Of a stretch of 64,000 bases of DNA, positions 35,120 through 49,537 are shown piece after piece. A model generated the notes under the pieces. The model saw only the letters and a program-made list of their open reading frames with translations. It did no database searches and was not told where the DNA came from. This DNA comes from Schmidtea polychroa. Lineage: Eukaryota. Each line of letters starts with the position of its first letter. The first letter of the stretch is position 1. Position numbers and translations under genes: made by a program. The stretch is taken from positions 119,040,001 through 119,104,000 of the forward strand of contig CM097885.1 in the NCBI GenBank assembly GCA_044892525.1, in the 5' to 3' direction.

Positions 35120-36149
35120 TGTTGAGGTCTGTAAATTAAAAAGAAATTTAGGTTAATAAGTGAAGAGAAAAGACAAATAAAAGCGGGATCATGCACAGAA
35201 TTGATAGTAAAGGAAAATGTGATGGAAGCAGTATTAGAAAATGCCAAAAGCAATTACGAAAGGCGAGAATCCGGAAATCCGAGAAAAATCAATAAAGGGA
35301 AAAATCATCGAAATCGAATGGGAAAAACGGGACAGGTATAGATTAGCTAATGGTCAACAAGATGATGGTTAGGGATTTATCAGAAAAGGGTTAGGAAGGG
35401 TCGAAAAACATTCAAACGTATGGAAACAGAAAACGTTAATTAATTAATTAATTGGCTAATGGAAAACCCGAGCTAATGGGAAACCCGAGCCAATGGAGAA
35501 CCCGAGAGATAAAGGAAACCCGAGCTGGGTAAACAAGAAGAAAGGCAAACAAAAGGAAGATTTGGGCCCATTAGCTTGACACAAAGATTAATGGGAAAAG
35601 AGTAAGGAGAAGATAGCGCGCGTAGGAAGACCGGTAGGGCCATTAATTATCTGGATTCGTTGGACCATTATGGGTGACAGCCGAAGCAAACACGTAGGAG
35701 AAAATGTCAAACGAAAGATTGGCTCGGCAATAACCATTTGTCATCCTGATTTCGAGGAGTATATAAGCAAAGGGAAAATCAGAGAAAATCGGCATTTTGC
35801 CTCAGGTAGGGTAAGAAGAATCGAGAATAGTCGAGAGGTAAAAACGAATTTAGGGAAGTAGGGAAAAGAAGAAATAGAATTAAGAATACGAAAAGGTGAA
35901 AAGGAATCAAACCAAACAGAAACCGAGGAAAACGAGAGTCAAGAGAATCGAAAGGATCGAAAGGTGAATATTATTTGTTTGCAAAGCATCAACGCCGAGC
36001 GGAGAATCGTATAAAACTTTGATTGGTAATTGTAGCGTGATAATAAATTGTGAACCTGTTGTTTCAATATACGTTGAGTTGTTCATTGTTTTGATTTAAA
36101 GAACACAGGAGTCAGAGAGAACCGACTTGAAATAATCCAAAGCCCAACA
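35120..36149 (+). repeat. 3' LTR (1030 bp)
   Basis: Copy of 29820-30848. Confidence 0.97.
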
Positions 36150-36153
36150 GTAT

Positions 36154-36870
36154 GAATCTGGAGAAAAGCTCACAGCCTGCGAAAGTAAAGATCTTGATGG
36201 TTTCATGCTTGCTGAAGATTTGCAATCATTGAGTTCCATAATTCCTGCAGCCACCTACAACGATCCTGTTAAGATTTTGCAGTTTCTGTTAGTAAACAAG
36301 CGCTATAGTGACTTTCCTAACACACACATTGCACTTCGAATACTTCTAACTATTTCTGTCACTGTTGGTTCCGGGGAAAGAAGCTTTTCGAAATTTAAAC
36401 TTATTAAAATATAATATATGCAATATATGCAATCAACAATGATTCAAGATCGGCTTAGTAACTTAGCTATTTTGTCAATCGAGAATGATGTTGCTAAGGA
36501 TCTTGACAATAATGAACTTATTACAGATTTTGCAGCAGTCAAAGCTCGCAAGATTTGCTTGTAAGTTGTAAGTAGAAGATACAACCAAACCAACGCTATA
36601 GTGTATATAGTTTATAATTTAGAGTTATATATGAACTCTTAATTTGCATGTCAAAACAAAACATTTTAATTATTAATTTTTTTTTGAGTTGTATGATCTT
36701 CAATTAAATGAATAAAACTGTAATTATTGATGTGTCAACGCTGTTATAGAATAAAAATTTAAGTATTTTAATTTTTTATTTCCCATTATTTTAATATATG
36801 TAGAAATGTAATTTTTTGCATGGGCCCCGCTCATCATTTGCTGCCTTGGGCCCGCATGCCCTAGGGCCGA
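36154..36870 (+). pseudogene. hAT transposase 3' part (dimerisation domain) and element end
   Basis: FPNTHIALRILLTISVTVGSGERSFSKFKLIK...STMIQDRLSNLAILSIE, stop at 36563; GC-rich subterminal GGGCCCCGCTC...GGGCCCGCATGCCCTAGGGCC. Confidence 0.9.
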
Positions 36871-36949
36871 AAATTTTTAATTATCTTAATTCGATATGAT
36901 TTCATTTTTCAATTGAATAGTAATTATGAAAATGTAATTTGGGGTCATT

Positions 36950-38745
36950 GCATAATTACGTCACGCGAAAAATGACCAAAACTGAAAAAGATCCAAACAG
37001 TTCAAACAGCGGTTTCCTGTTCACACAAGCGGGTGAACAGACGTGTTTATCTGAACTGTCGCTGGTGTCTGCGACTTTTGCTACTTCTTCTTCAACTACT
37101 TCAGTAAAAATTAATGTGGCATTCGTTTTTCTACGACAGATGCGATAATGATTTGTCTTGACAACAACAGTTGGAAAATTCATGCCACAGACTTGAAATT
37201 GTCTCTTTTCCAAATCCACAATGGAGATTGATGGACAATACAGATCAAATGGGTATGGCTGTCTGAGTTTGGTTTGATTCGTAACATCCGGGTGAATATC
37301 TTGAAGAAGAAGAAGAACGGACAGATGGCAAAAATGACGACCTGTTGGTATCGGATCCTTCGGAGGCAATGCATTAATCCCAAAATCGTGTGCTCAAAAA
37401 CACGAGGATATGGTAAAAACCTGTTTGGTAAGATTTTTCGAAATTGAGGATAGCGAAATGGTTTGCAGCAAGATACATTTGTACACTTGACCACTTGAAG
37501 CATGTACTATGAACTCATTATGTGCTGCTACCGCCACAGTAGGTTTGCAACTTCTTCTCTGGAAACTCGCAGTGTTTCATTGCCTTATGGTATTGGAATA
37601 GCCTCCGCATACACTACATTTTTGTCGATGACTGTTTTACTCCATATAGATGCTAAGACATTCATGGTGTGAAAGAAATTCCTTTTTTTCAATTCTTCGT
37701 CGATTATCTTTCCACTTGCACCAATATGTGAACCAAAATGTTCGTGATCAAGAACCAACCCACAAATGTCATGGGATAGGGGAGCCATTTTACTTTCACA
37801 GGGATTATATGCAATGTAGCCTCTTGGAGTAATAACAACTATGTACATGTCAAGATCATATTCCAGAAAACATTAATCGCCTCTTCAATAACTTTCGGAT
37901 ACCGTGCATTCTCGCCTGGTCCTCCATCTGACTGTGACACCAAAGATGGTTTAACATTTCCGGATGGTGTTTTGACAACATTCTCAAACCCTTCATCATC
38001 AACTATGCGGCGTATGTCCGTGCCATATAAGCTGGCTCAGTGTTGCCTTGTCACCAACAGTGTCATCGTTGATAGTTAGGAAGGCGTACACTGAAGGTAT
38101 CAATTTATATTTCTCGGCTACCACCCAACCGTGATCTGGCAATTTTACTCGGTACTCTGTACTCATCATAATTGGCTGCTATTTACTTTCTGCTGCAATT
38201 CCAAGAGCTATTCTAGCTTTATCGTCTGGCGAAAATAGCATTGTGTTTTGTGGACCAATAAGTGTGCATAGTTCCATAACGAGACTGATAGCAGCCAAAC
38301 CAAACTGGGCATCTTCATTTTTCTTCCGAGCATTGAATTGTGTTTTGACAAGTTTCACCGGAACCGTTTGTACATGTCTTTTGCCTTCATTTGTACTCCA
38401 GCGACATTTACAATAATTCAGATCGACACTCAGGATCAGCTCCAGCTTCATTGGAAAAAACGAGTTCCCAAATCACATTGAGAAGATCTGGATATTTCTG
38501 CTCCTTTCTGGGACGCCCAGGTTTTTCAAGTAATGTTTCACCTGCAGCTGCGGATAATTTTTGATATTTTTTTTTTCAAACGAGATATCTGTGCTCGAAA
38601 ACGGTTAAGTCGGAGAGTTTGATTAGCTTGTTGGATTTTCTTTTTGCTAGTATCCAAGTTCTTCAATTCCTTTCCTACAGCTTCTGAATCACCTAAACCT
38701 TTATGTTGCTTTAATACAAGGAATGATATTTTGGCATTTACTTGT
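36950..38745 (-). pseudogene. Zator-type (TP36-related) DDE transposase relic
   Basis: STNEGKRHVQTVPVKL, SPDDKARIALG, YRVKLPDH.WVVA..KLIPSVYA, SDGGPGENARY, YNPCESKMAPLS, HFGSH, WSKTVID; frameshifts and stops; 5' end cut by the foldback element. Confidence 0.75.
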
Positions 38746-40329
38746 ATGATGGTGATAAGTTTTAATGGTGATAAATTTAATTGATAAATTTAATTAATTT
38801 CTTGATAATTAGTTGTATTTTATTGAATTGTTTTTAAATTTTAAATTAATTTTATTGACAATTAGGTTAATAATTAAGTGATAGAATAAATTTTTGATGA
38901 TAACTTTGTAATATATTTGACTAAATAATGTTTTCAATAATTTTCTAAGAATATTTACACATTGATGAACTTTAAAAAACATAAGCTAAGAAACCAGTTA
39001 ACTTTATCAAGGACTTTAAATTTACTTGATAATTATTGTAGGATACTGAAATTTAGTTTGCTGTTACCGCTTGAAAATGATTGGTTGAATAGCTGAAGAA
39101 TTATGATCAAACAATATATATCATCTCTAGTTAGGTATTTGATGGGTGAAATATTTGTAGGAAATAATGAGTTTATTATGTCTGTTACATAAGTCGACTT
39201 TAGCGTCAAAATGTGTTTTTAAAATATATTTAAATTTTAAAATACCACAACGTAATATATTTTTTCCCTGCCCTTCCATGATTTTGATTGGTTAGTGGGC
39301 TCTTATTATTTAGCTTCTAAATTATTTCAATGGAAGAATATTTGGTGTCTTTAACAGTTAATGAAAAGTTATATTTTTGAAGTTCTTTAAGGATTTTAAG
39401 AGCTGGGATATTGTCGGTGAGATTTAATGAGAGGTCGGTTAAGATGAGAATATATGATTTTTTAAGGGTGATGTTGGTAAAATATCAATGTTTTAAGGGA
39501 AATTGCAATACATTAGTCAGTTATGAATCAATAATAATGTGAAATTATATCGTTTTATTAGGCTGTGATTAATGCACAGTAAATTAATTTAGAACAATGT
39601 TTTATTAAGTAGAGATGATGATCGATTTACTTGGTTTTGACAATGAAATCTTTACAGATAATTGGGATTGATGTCAACTTTAAATTATTTCTCTTTGACA
39701 ATTATTAACTTATTAAAATTTCTATTTAAAATTAGCTTAAAAAATTATTCCATAAAAGTTTCTATTAAAATTTGACTTAAAAAATTATTTCTTAAAAATT
39801 TCATTTTAAATTTTTATTTCTCAGAAGCGGTTGGTTATTCCAACTTTTTGTTAATAAATTTTAATTTAAAGTTTTGAACCTATAATTTAAAAATAAAACA
39901 TTAAGTTACCTATTTATCCTTGTATTACTTTATTTAAAATTTTTTACCATAATTTACAACCAAATATAACCCTTATTTTCATATTTAACCAATAATTTCA
40001 TGTAGTGAATGATTAATTGACAATGATTTGCATCTTTAATTACTATTGAAAAATAATACATAAAAATTTCCATCTAAAATTAACATTGAAAAATAATTCA
40101 TAAAAATTAACTTTAAAAAATAAATTATTTCATTAAAATTTTCATCTAAAATTAACACTGAAAAATATTTCATAAAAATGTATATTAAAAATTATCTTAA
40201 AAAATATTCGTTAAAAATTTTCATTTAAAATTTTCAATTCTCAATCACCAACTATTATTCCAACTTTTTGTAAATAAATTTAAAAATCTAACTTTAATTT
40301 ACTTATTACATTACTTAAATTTACTTATT

Positions 40330-40930
40330 TAACTTTAATTTAAAGTTTTTGACCATTGATTACTTAATTTTAAATTTTGATTCTTAATTAACTTTAATTT
40401 TTTTTTTAGAACCTTAATTAACTTATTTGAGCCCATTGATTACTTTAATTTAAATATTTGGACCTTAATTTACTTATTTGAACCCATTGATTGCTTTAAT
40501 TTTAAATTTTAGACCATAATTAACTTATTTGAACCCATTGATTAATTTAATTTAATTTTTTAGAACCTTAATTAACTCATTTGAACCAATTGATTACTTT
40601 AATTTAATTGTTTTTTAGGATCTTAATTTACTTATTTCAGCCCATTGATTACTTTAATTCAATTATTAGACCCATAATTTACTTTAGTTTCTTAATTTGA
40701 ACCCATAATTTACTCTAATTCAATTTTTAGACCCATAATTTACTTTAATTCAAAAATCTGAGCCCATAATTTACTGTAATCCAATTTTAAGACCCATAAT
40801 TTACTTTAATTCAAAAATCTGAGCCCATAATTTACTGTAATCCAATTTTAAGACCCATATTTTACTTTACTTCAAAAATCCTAGCCCATAATTTGCTGTA
40901 ATTTAATATTTTGGATCCATAATTTACTTT
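40330..40930 (+). repeat. Degenerate tandem array, ~37-41-bp unit
   Basis: Recurring AATTTACTTTAATTCAAAAATCTGAGCCCAT / TTTGAACCCATTGATT units. Confidence 0.8.
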
Positions 40931-40949
40931 AATTCAAAAATTTACAATG

Positions 40950-41340
40950 CTTTTTTTAGTGAAGACCACCTTTTTCTATTGAAAATATCCTGAGACCTTA
41001 AATTACCATGGCTTTTTTAGTGATAATCAGATTTTGTATTGAAAATCCTAGGACCAAGGAGACCCACCCAAATAATACTGACTTATCCTTTGCTTTTTGT
41101 ATTGAAAATATCCTGAGACTTTAAATTACCACTGTTTTTTTAGTGTAGACCACCTATTTGTATTGAAAATATCCTGAGACCTTGAATTACCATGCTTTTT
41201 TAGTGTAAACCGTCTTTTTGTATTGAAAATCCCTGGACTATGGAGATCCCTTCACTATAGTCTGAATAATCCATGCTTTTTTAGTGTAGACTACCTTTTT
41301 CTATTGAAATTCTTAGGACCAAGGAGACCCACCCAAATAA
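40950..41340 (+). repeat. Degenerate tandem array built on TTTTTTAGTG.AGAC.ACC and ATTGAAAATATCCTGAGAC motifs
   Basis: Motifs recur at about 40950, 41015, 41135, 41195 and 41278. Confidence 0.7.
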
Positions 41341-41816
41341 TACTTATCCTTGGCTTGTTTATTGAAAAAAAATTTTTTGTATTTAAAATCCCAGAAAAAA
41401 ATCATTGGAGCGTACGGCAAAAATTATGTAATCAAAATGATGTCTACGGCAAAAATTATGCAATCAAAATTTGCAACATTTTTTAACCCCCCCCTATTGC
41501 TGCCGGGAGCTCCTAACTACCTACTCAGCTTCTATAATAATTTTTATTATAATCAGTAGAAAAACCTTTTCAAAATGTCTAAATTTAACAAAAATGTTGA
41601 TTTTCATCAAAAATGAATAATTGTCAACTCATCACTACGTGGAATTGATGATAATTTAAATTACAATGAAAGACTAATGAATTCTTATTTACAAAACATT
41701 CTTCTTTTAATTGATTACTACTGACTTATTATTGCAATGTAAAAATCACATTCAATAAATACTTATTGTTGATCAGTTTTATTATATATACTCCGACAGG
41801 ATGTTTTGACCCCCTA

Positions 41817-41887
41817 AGGGTACTGGTCATAAAGGTACTGGTCGTAAGGGTATTAGTCGTAAGGGTATTAGTCGTAAGGGTATTGGT
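41817..41887 (+). repeat. 15-bp minisatellite (GTCGTAAGGGTATTA)
   Basis: Four to five tandem degenerate copies. Confidence 0.8.
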
Positions 41888-44205
41888 AACTCTCAACCAC
41901 CACCTACCCATTAACTAGTTACCATGTACTAACAACTAGGTCTCAAACAACTAAATACTAAACATTTACAACCACATACTAACAACCACCATCAAAACCC
42001 ATCGAGGAATTAACAAATGTCAACCTACAACTAAATACTTACAACCAGATACCTGCTACCAAGTACTTACAATTAGAAACCAAGTACCAACAATCAACTA
42101 ACAACACATAAAAATAATAGCAATTAAATACAAAATATTCTTCATCACATACACTATCTTCTTATCAAAATCTAAAAAGTCAACCAACTACTTACAACCA
42201 ACAACTATGTACTAACAAATTGATCTTTAAAATAAAATACTCGTCACTTGAAAAATTAGATGGAAAATTATTTGAACTCAAGGCATAACTTGGTAAAAAT
42301 TGATTAAATTATTGTAAAAATTTAAATTATTCAAAACATACTAAATAAAAAAATATAATTAATGGACAAGAAAGAACATTAAATTTGAATCATTAAGTCA
42401 CTTGCAAGATTTGTAAGATACTGGATAGTAAATAAAAAATACTAATCATTCAAGTTAATATGAATCAACTAAGATAATAAATTAATAAAATTTTAAAATA
42501 AGATCTAGTAGATAATTGATTTAGATTGAATAAATTAATTGAAATAAAATTAATTTTAATTATTTTTTTAAAAGTAATACATGTACTCAAATTGATTGAC
42601 TGATTGCTCAAAATATTCAAAAAAAACAGTATAAATTCATTACAATTATCAAAGTCAGCAATCTACAATAAAAATAATTATCATTAAATTCCAAAAGAGA
42701 CTAGATAACTAATGATAACATCTAATAAACCAGTAAATTCATTTAAATGACAATAATTGGTATATTCAAGCGAATTCTCTAATAAAATCATCTAAAAAGC
42801 ATCAAATTTCATATATATTCATATATTCCCCTCAAACTAACAAGATTCCTTAAAATCCCTTAAATGACTATATTTCAACCCTTAATTCATATTATTACAA
42901 ATATCATTTAAAAAGCATCAAATTTCCTTGAAATAACTCTATCCTTAAAGATTGATATTTTAATGATAAGTACCCGTAAAAGATCATATATTCCCCTCAG
43001 ACTAATAAGATTGCTTAAAATCCCTTTAAATGACTATAATTCTAACTTTAATTCCTATTATCATACATATTTCACTATTGATAAAACCAGTTACAATTAA
43101 ATTTTTGTTAATCACTGTAAATTTTTTTAAATCATTGTACTCGAAATTTAAAATAAATATAACTGACTAGGTCCCATTGAAAGATTAAATTTATCCATTC
43201 AATAAAATATATTTCTTCAAATGGTCAACTTTTGTCGTTGTCCGTCTAAATAAAGATAAAAATAATTTAAAGTTGACATCAATCCCAATTATCTGTAAAG
43301 ATTTCATTGTCAAAACCAAGTAAATCGATCATCATCTCTACTTAATAAAACATTGTTCTAAATTAATTTACTGTGCATTAATCACAGCCTAATAAAACGA
43401 TATAATTTCACATTATTATTGATTCATAACTGACTAATGTATTGCAATTTCCCTTAAAACATTGATATTTTACCAACATCACCCTTAAAAAATCATATAT
43501 TCTCATCTTAACCGACCTCTCATTAAATCTCACCGACAATATCCCAGCTCTTAAAATCCTTAAAGAACTTCAAAAATATAACTTTTCATTAACTGTTAAA
43601 GACACCAAATATTCTTCCATTGAAATAATTTAGAAGCTAAATAATAAGAGCCCACTAACCAATCAAAATCATGGAAGGGCAGGGAAAAAATATATTACGT
43701 TGTGGTATTTTAAAATTTAAATATATTTTAAAAACACATTTTGACGCTAAAGTCGACTTATGTAACAGACATAATAAACTCATTATTTCCTACAAATATT
43801 TCACCCATCAAATACCTAACTAGAGATGATATATATTGTTTGATCATAATTCTTCAGCTATTCAACCAATCATTTTCAAGCGGTAACAGCAAACTAAATT
43901 TCAGTATCCTACAATAATTATCAAGTAAATTTAAAGTCCTTGATAAAGTTAACTGGTTTCTTAGCTTATGTTTTTTAAAGTTCATCAATGTGTAAATATT
44001 CTTAGAAAATTATTGAAAACATTATTTAGTCAAATATATTACAAAGTTATCATCAAAAATTTATTCTATCACTTAATTATTAACCTAATTGTCAATGAAA
44101 TTAATTTAAAATTTAAAAACAATTCAATAAAATACAACTAATTATCAAGAAATTAATTAAATTTATCAATTAAATTTATCACCATTAATACTTATCACCA
44201 TCACA

Positions 44206-47200
44206 ATGTGCTTAAAAGATAAAACCGGCAGGATATGTAAAATGAACGCGATAATCAGATGTCCAGAGAAAATAATAGTACCAGCAAATTCGCAAATGAT
44301 ATGCCAGATTAAAGTAGATACGGGCATGGAAGGGGAAGTTATTTTCGAACCAAGTAAATCCTTTGAAAAGAGACGAGAGTTACCACTAGCAAGAGAGATA
44401 ATAACAATAAACCAAGAAGGAGTAATACCGATCAACATCACAAATTTCGAAGAGGAAGGCAAAATTATCGATGAAAATGAAAGACTGGGTAAATTGACTC
44501 CAATGATGGATATAGAGTTACCAAAAGTGACCAACGAAACAGCAAAAGATTACGAATTATGGACAATCGACAGTACATTGTTGACTGTCACCGAAAAAGG
44601 AAAATTACACAAGCTATTAGTAGAATATAAAGATATATTTGCCATCTCATATTTAGATTTGGGTACATTTGATGTTACCCTACATGCAATACCACTGATA
44701 GATGAAACTCCAATTGCGTCGAGACCATACAAACTAGCAGAAATGCAAAAAGAAATAGCTGAAGCAGAAGTACAAAAAATGCTAGATGCAAAAGTAATCG
44801 AACCAAGTTGCTCAACCTGGCAGTTTCTAGTGGTCATGGTGAAAAAGAAAGATGGCACGTAAAGATTCTGTATCGACTATCGAAAATTAAACGCAGTAAC
44901 AAAGAGGGATACCTACCCATTACCAGACATCAATGAGATGTTACTTATGTTGCAAGGGGCAGCATATTTTACGTCTTTAGATTTAAAAAGTGGATACTGG
45001 CAGATTAAAGTCAAGGATGAGGACAAAGAAAAGACCGCTTTCACGTTGGGACGAGATCTATATCAGTTCAGAAAAATGCCATTCGGACTGACCAACGCAC
45101 CAGCATCGTTCCAAAGGTGTGTGAACTTCGTCACTCATGGAATCAAACAATGTATGGTATATATTGATGATTTACTAATATATTCAGCGACATTTGAACA
45201 ACATCTGGAGGATATCAGAAATGTATTTATACGCTTACGACAACGGAAACTCGAACTCAAACCTTCAAAATGCGATTGGGCAAAAGAGAAAGTTACGTTC
45301 TTAGGACATATAGTGTCAGCCAAAGGAAAAGAGCCAGATCCACGAAACATCGAAAAAATAAAAACATGCCCAGCACCAAAAACCGTCACGCAAGTGCAAG
45401 AATTCCTAGGATTATGTGGATATTACCGAAAATTCATCAAAAATTATGCAGGAATTGCGAAACCAATCCAAGAATTAGTAAAGAAAGATATCTCGTTCAT
45501 TTGGGAAAAGGAACAGCAAGAGGCATTCGAGACGTTGAGAGATAAATTGATTGAAGCACCAATCCTAGTACACCCATATTTCAAGAAGCCATTTCTATTG
45601 GCAACCGACGCAAGCGGATATGCAGCATGAGCAATTTTAGGACAACTAGATGACGAAGGAAAAGAGAGAGTAATCGGATATTACAGTCGAACGTTCAAAA
45701 AACACGAGAAGAACTATTCAGTAACCGAAAGAGAAGCATTGGCTATAATACAAGCAATCAAACATTTCCGATATTTGCTATGGGGACACGAGATATGCAT
45801 AACCACAGATCATCAACCATTAGTGTGGTTAGGGCAACATAAAGAAGCGTCAAGTAGACTGATGAGATGAGCCATGCATATAAAATTCAAAGCAGGAAGA
45901 GCAAATGCCAATGCCGACTGCATGTCGAGGTTTATTTTCCCAGATTTGGTGGATCAAGAAATGCAACGGATATGTCTAATAGTAGCAGAAGATTTAGATT
46001 TTTGTCAATTACGAAAAGATCAGCAAGAAGATGCAGAATTAAAGCAAATTATTGATTATGTGAAAACGGGAAAACCAGATGTGTATGAGAAAGACCAAAA
46101 ATTAAAAGAACATATGGACAAACACTGACATCGATACGTCATAGAAAAAGATTGGCTGTTGATAATGGATGGAGAAAAGCGATTAATGTGTATACCGGGA
46201 AATAGACGGAAAGATCTATTGACACAATATCACGATGGTAGATTGGGAGGACATATGTCATCAAAAAAGACGTTAGCGAGAATGAAACAGAAATATTTTT
46301 GGCCTACATTAACCGAGGACGTAACAGAATGGGTGAAAAATTGTCTAACTTGTGCAACCAGGAAAAACACTGGATCAAAATGGAAAGCACCGTTAACGCC
46401 AATGCCGGTACCGATAGAACCTATGACGATGATATCGATGGACGTAGTTGGTCCATTACCCGAATCAGATAGAGGAAATGTCTTTATTTTAGTAATTACG
46501 GATTACCTCACGAAATTCCCAGAAGCATTCGCTATGCCAGATCAAAAAGCTAAAACAATCGCAAAAATACTGGTAGAGGAGATATGTTGCCGGTACGGAA
46601 CGCCAAAACAAATACTAACAGATCAAGGAACTAATTTCATGAGTGAAATAATGAGTGAAGTGACTAACTACTTCAAAATCGCAAAGTTGAGAACATCACC
46701 GTATCACCCCCAAACAAACGGGATGACGGAAAGATTCAATGGAACACTCATTCAAATGCTGTCGAATTATGTCGACCGGCACCAACGAGATTGGGACGAA
46801 TATATAAATCTGTGCCTTATGGCGTACAGAATGTCAATACATGCATCTACGAAAATGAGCCCATTCAAATTAATGTACGGAAGAGAATGTAACATGCCAA
46901 TGGACCTGGAATACCAACCACCAATATCGCAATATATGGAGATAGGCGATTACGTCACAAAATTCAAAGAAAGAATGCAGGAGATTTGGGAAACGGCAGG
47001 GTTGAATATCAAGTTTTACCAGGAAAGTTGTAAAGACTTACACGATCGAAAGAAAAATGTGAAACAACATACATTCCAGACAGGCGATTGGGTAATGATA
47101 GAAACACCCGAATTAATTCCAGGAACCACCAAAAAATTACAATGGAATGGAAAAGGGCCATACGAGATTCTATTTGTAGGTGAAACCAACGTGAGAGTAA

Positions 47201-47643
47201 AGTTGGTAAATAACCCGTTCACCAGGCCAATATACGTCAATGTGGCACGTTGTAAACCAATCCCAAAAACAGCCACCAGTCAACCAGAAGGCCGTACGTT
47301 AACCACACGTTCGCAAACCTACAGAATGAACATGATGCAGCAGCTCGCAGAACCAATAACCGGACAATTGGGTATACAACCATCGGAAGCCGAAAAGATT
47401 GTAAAAGATGTAAAAATTAAAATACCCGGATGGGCAAAAGATAGACTAGATTTCGAAATATTAGGCGGTCTATTGACAATGATCGAAAATTACGCAAACA
47501 GAGAAAGAACACATCCATTATTACGAGTAGTTAAAAGTCAATGGCCAACATTACTTACAATAACAGATCATTATGGAGACACACCATTACATAAACTCAT
47601 GAAAGTAGGCAACATTGAGCAAATACTAGAAACAATAGAATAA
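44206..47643 (+). pseudogene. pol: Pol: post-protease domain, RT, RNase H, integrase
   Basis: RFCIDYRKLN, MPFGLTNAPASFQR, YIDDLLI, TDASGYAA, TDHQPL, HDGRLGGH..CLTC, SMDVVGPLP, LTDQGTNF, NGMTERFNGTL, GKGPYEI; in-frame stops at 44860, 45628, about 45868 and 46126. Confidence 0.97.
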
Positions 47644-49092
47644 TTTCACTACTGCAAGAGATCAACAGAACAAGAAAACAACCAAGGCTACACACCATTA
47701 ATGATAGCAGCAAACAAAGGCAAAACAAAAGACATTATAACAGCATTACTTGAAACAGGATCGAAAATAACTACACAAGATCATGACCAGAAAAATGCGC
47801 TACATCACGCAATCGAAGGGGAAAATGCAGAAACATTCATAACGCTGATGGAACTACTATCATATGAGGATAACCGAGAGGTCGGAAACATGTATGACGG
47901 ACTACTGACGGCGATCAAAGAGAAACTAACAACAATCACCGGAATATTAATTGCATGGAGGAACCCAATTAGAAATGATTATATGATAGACGTAAACGAA
48001 ACATTCACAAGAGGGGAAAATACGTTAATGAAGGAAGCAATGAAAGGACATCATTTATTCGAAATCCCAAACCAATTATTAGAACGAGGGATAAAGTTCA
48101 CAAACCATAAAGATGAGCAGCTATTAAAAAAGCGAATCGACATATTCGAAAAATCAATATTTCAATTCATTAACAAAGTGCGAGATAAATATTGGGAAAC
48201 GGTAAGCGTGTTATATATGATGGACACGATGAACAACATTCGCGAGAATTACTTAGACATTATTCAAGTACTTATAGCAGAAGAACGAATCAATAACTCA
48301 ACCGGAAAGAAAATAAAAATAAAGAAATGGGCATCAAAGGAACCAAAGTCGCAAACGAATCAAACTACAACAAATAAAGTCATTGAAACAAGACCGACAA
48401 ATTCAGATCATGAAACAATAATACGCAAAGCTAAAGAGGTGTTCTTCGAAGAAATGCAAGAGTTATCAGACGAAATGATATTATCAAAAATCATAAAAAC
48501 CGTGCATACATATGCAAGAGATCAAACAACGAATTTAGATATCGGGAAAATCAAAACCTTCATGCCACGAGCATTTACGATGTCGACAAAGGATCAAAGA
48601 ACACCATTGCAACAGGCAATATTGGCAGCAAAAGAAAACCGAGCAATAACGATCATAAGAATCCTCAGAGATTTGGGTGAGGAAACTAACACGAAAAACG
48701 AACAAGGCGAAACAGCCATGATGTATGCAGCTATAACAAAAATACACCCAAAAACATTACATATATTACATCAATCGGGATCGAGACTAGATGAAAAGTC
48801 AAACGAAGGAAACTCCACAATGGATTGGGCAACCATACAGCCAAACCTAGAAATGATCAGATTCCTCTGCAAAAATGCGACAAAAGAGGAAGTTGAAAAC
48901 ATCTGCAAAAATACATCTCAATTCCAGTGGAATACTGTAAGGAAAAATCTAGAAGCAATGAAGCTATTATTAACATGGAAAGTACCGCAAAGTAATAAAT
49001 ATGCGATAAATATAAACGAATTCTATGAAAACGGGGAAAATGCGATGGTAAAAAACACATTAACCAAAGGGGGGACACAAAAATCATACTAA
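47500..49092 (+). CDS. Ankyrin-repeat extension of Pol (two clusters), one in-frame stop at 47641
   Basis: YGDTPLH, QGYTPLMIAA, QKNALHHA, QRTPLQQA, QGETAMMYAA, EGNSTMDWA. ORF 47701 is in frame with integrase ORF 46159 across a single TAA. Confidence 0.85.
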
Positions 49093-49537
49093 TTGTATTA
49101 AATAGAGAAAACCTGAGATTCACAAAAAAACAGAACGAACAACAACGAATTGGAAAACACCGCCGTGTAAAGAGAATTAGTAAAAGAATGGAACAGGAAA
49201 AGACATGCAGCAACCGGGAGAAAGTAGTTCGAATTTGAAGCTAAACTAGCAAGAAATAGAGTACTGACAGCATACCGAAGACTGTTTGAACGATATAAAT
49301 GTCGAGGACGACATTTTAAACGACAGCGGGGGAGACAAATACGACGATAATGACGGAAAAGGTCGAAAGGAAGACAGAGAGAAAAGAAAACCGGAGGAGG
49401 ATAACCAAGGAAACAAAGACTCAAATATGGAAAAGGAGGGAAACAACCTGGAAAACAAGATGAAAGAGGAGGAAAAAACAAATGATGGAAAACAGAGGGT
49501 ATGCCTACCTATCACCAACAAAGAAATAGAAACGAAC

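Larger units (their letters stand above)
29820..36149 (+). mobile_element. Young non-autonomous LTR retrotransposon with captured host gene fragments (element 3)
   Basis: TGTTG...CAACA LTR pair, GTAT target-site duplication (29816-29819 and 36150-36153), PBS, PPT, gag, no pol; splits the hAT transposase. Confidence 0.95.
38747..44203. mobile_element. Foldback-type element, 5.46 kb, with 944-bp terminal inverted repeats
   Basis: 38747-39690 is the near-exact reverse complement of 43260-44203; the interior is non-coding tandem arrays; no TSD recognised. Confidence 0.85.

Noticed and set aside
40330-41340. Regularly spaced repeats that could suggest a CRISPR array
   Set aside because: Units are degenerate tandem copies without unique spacers, inside a eukaryotic foldback element, with no cas genes.
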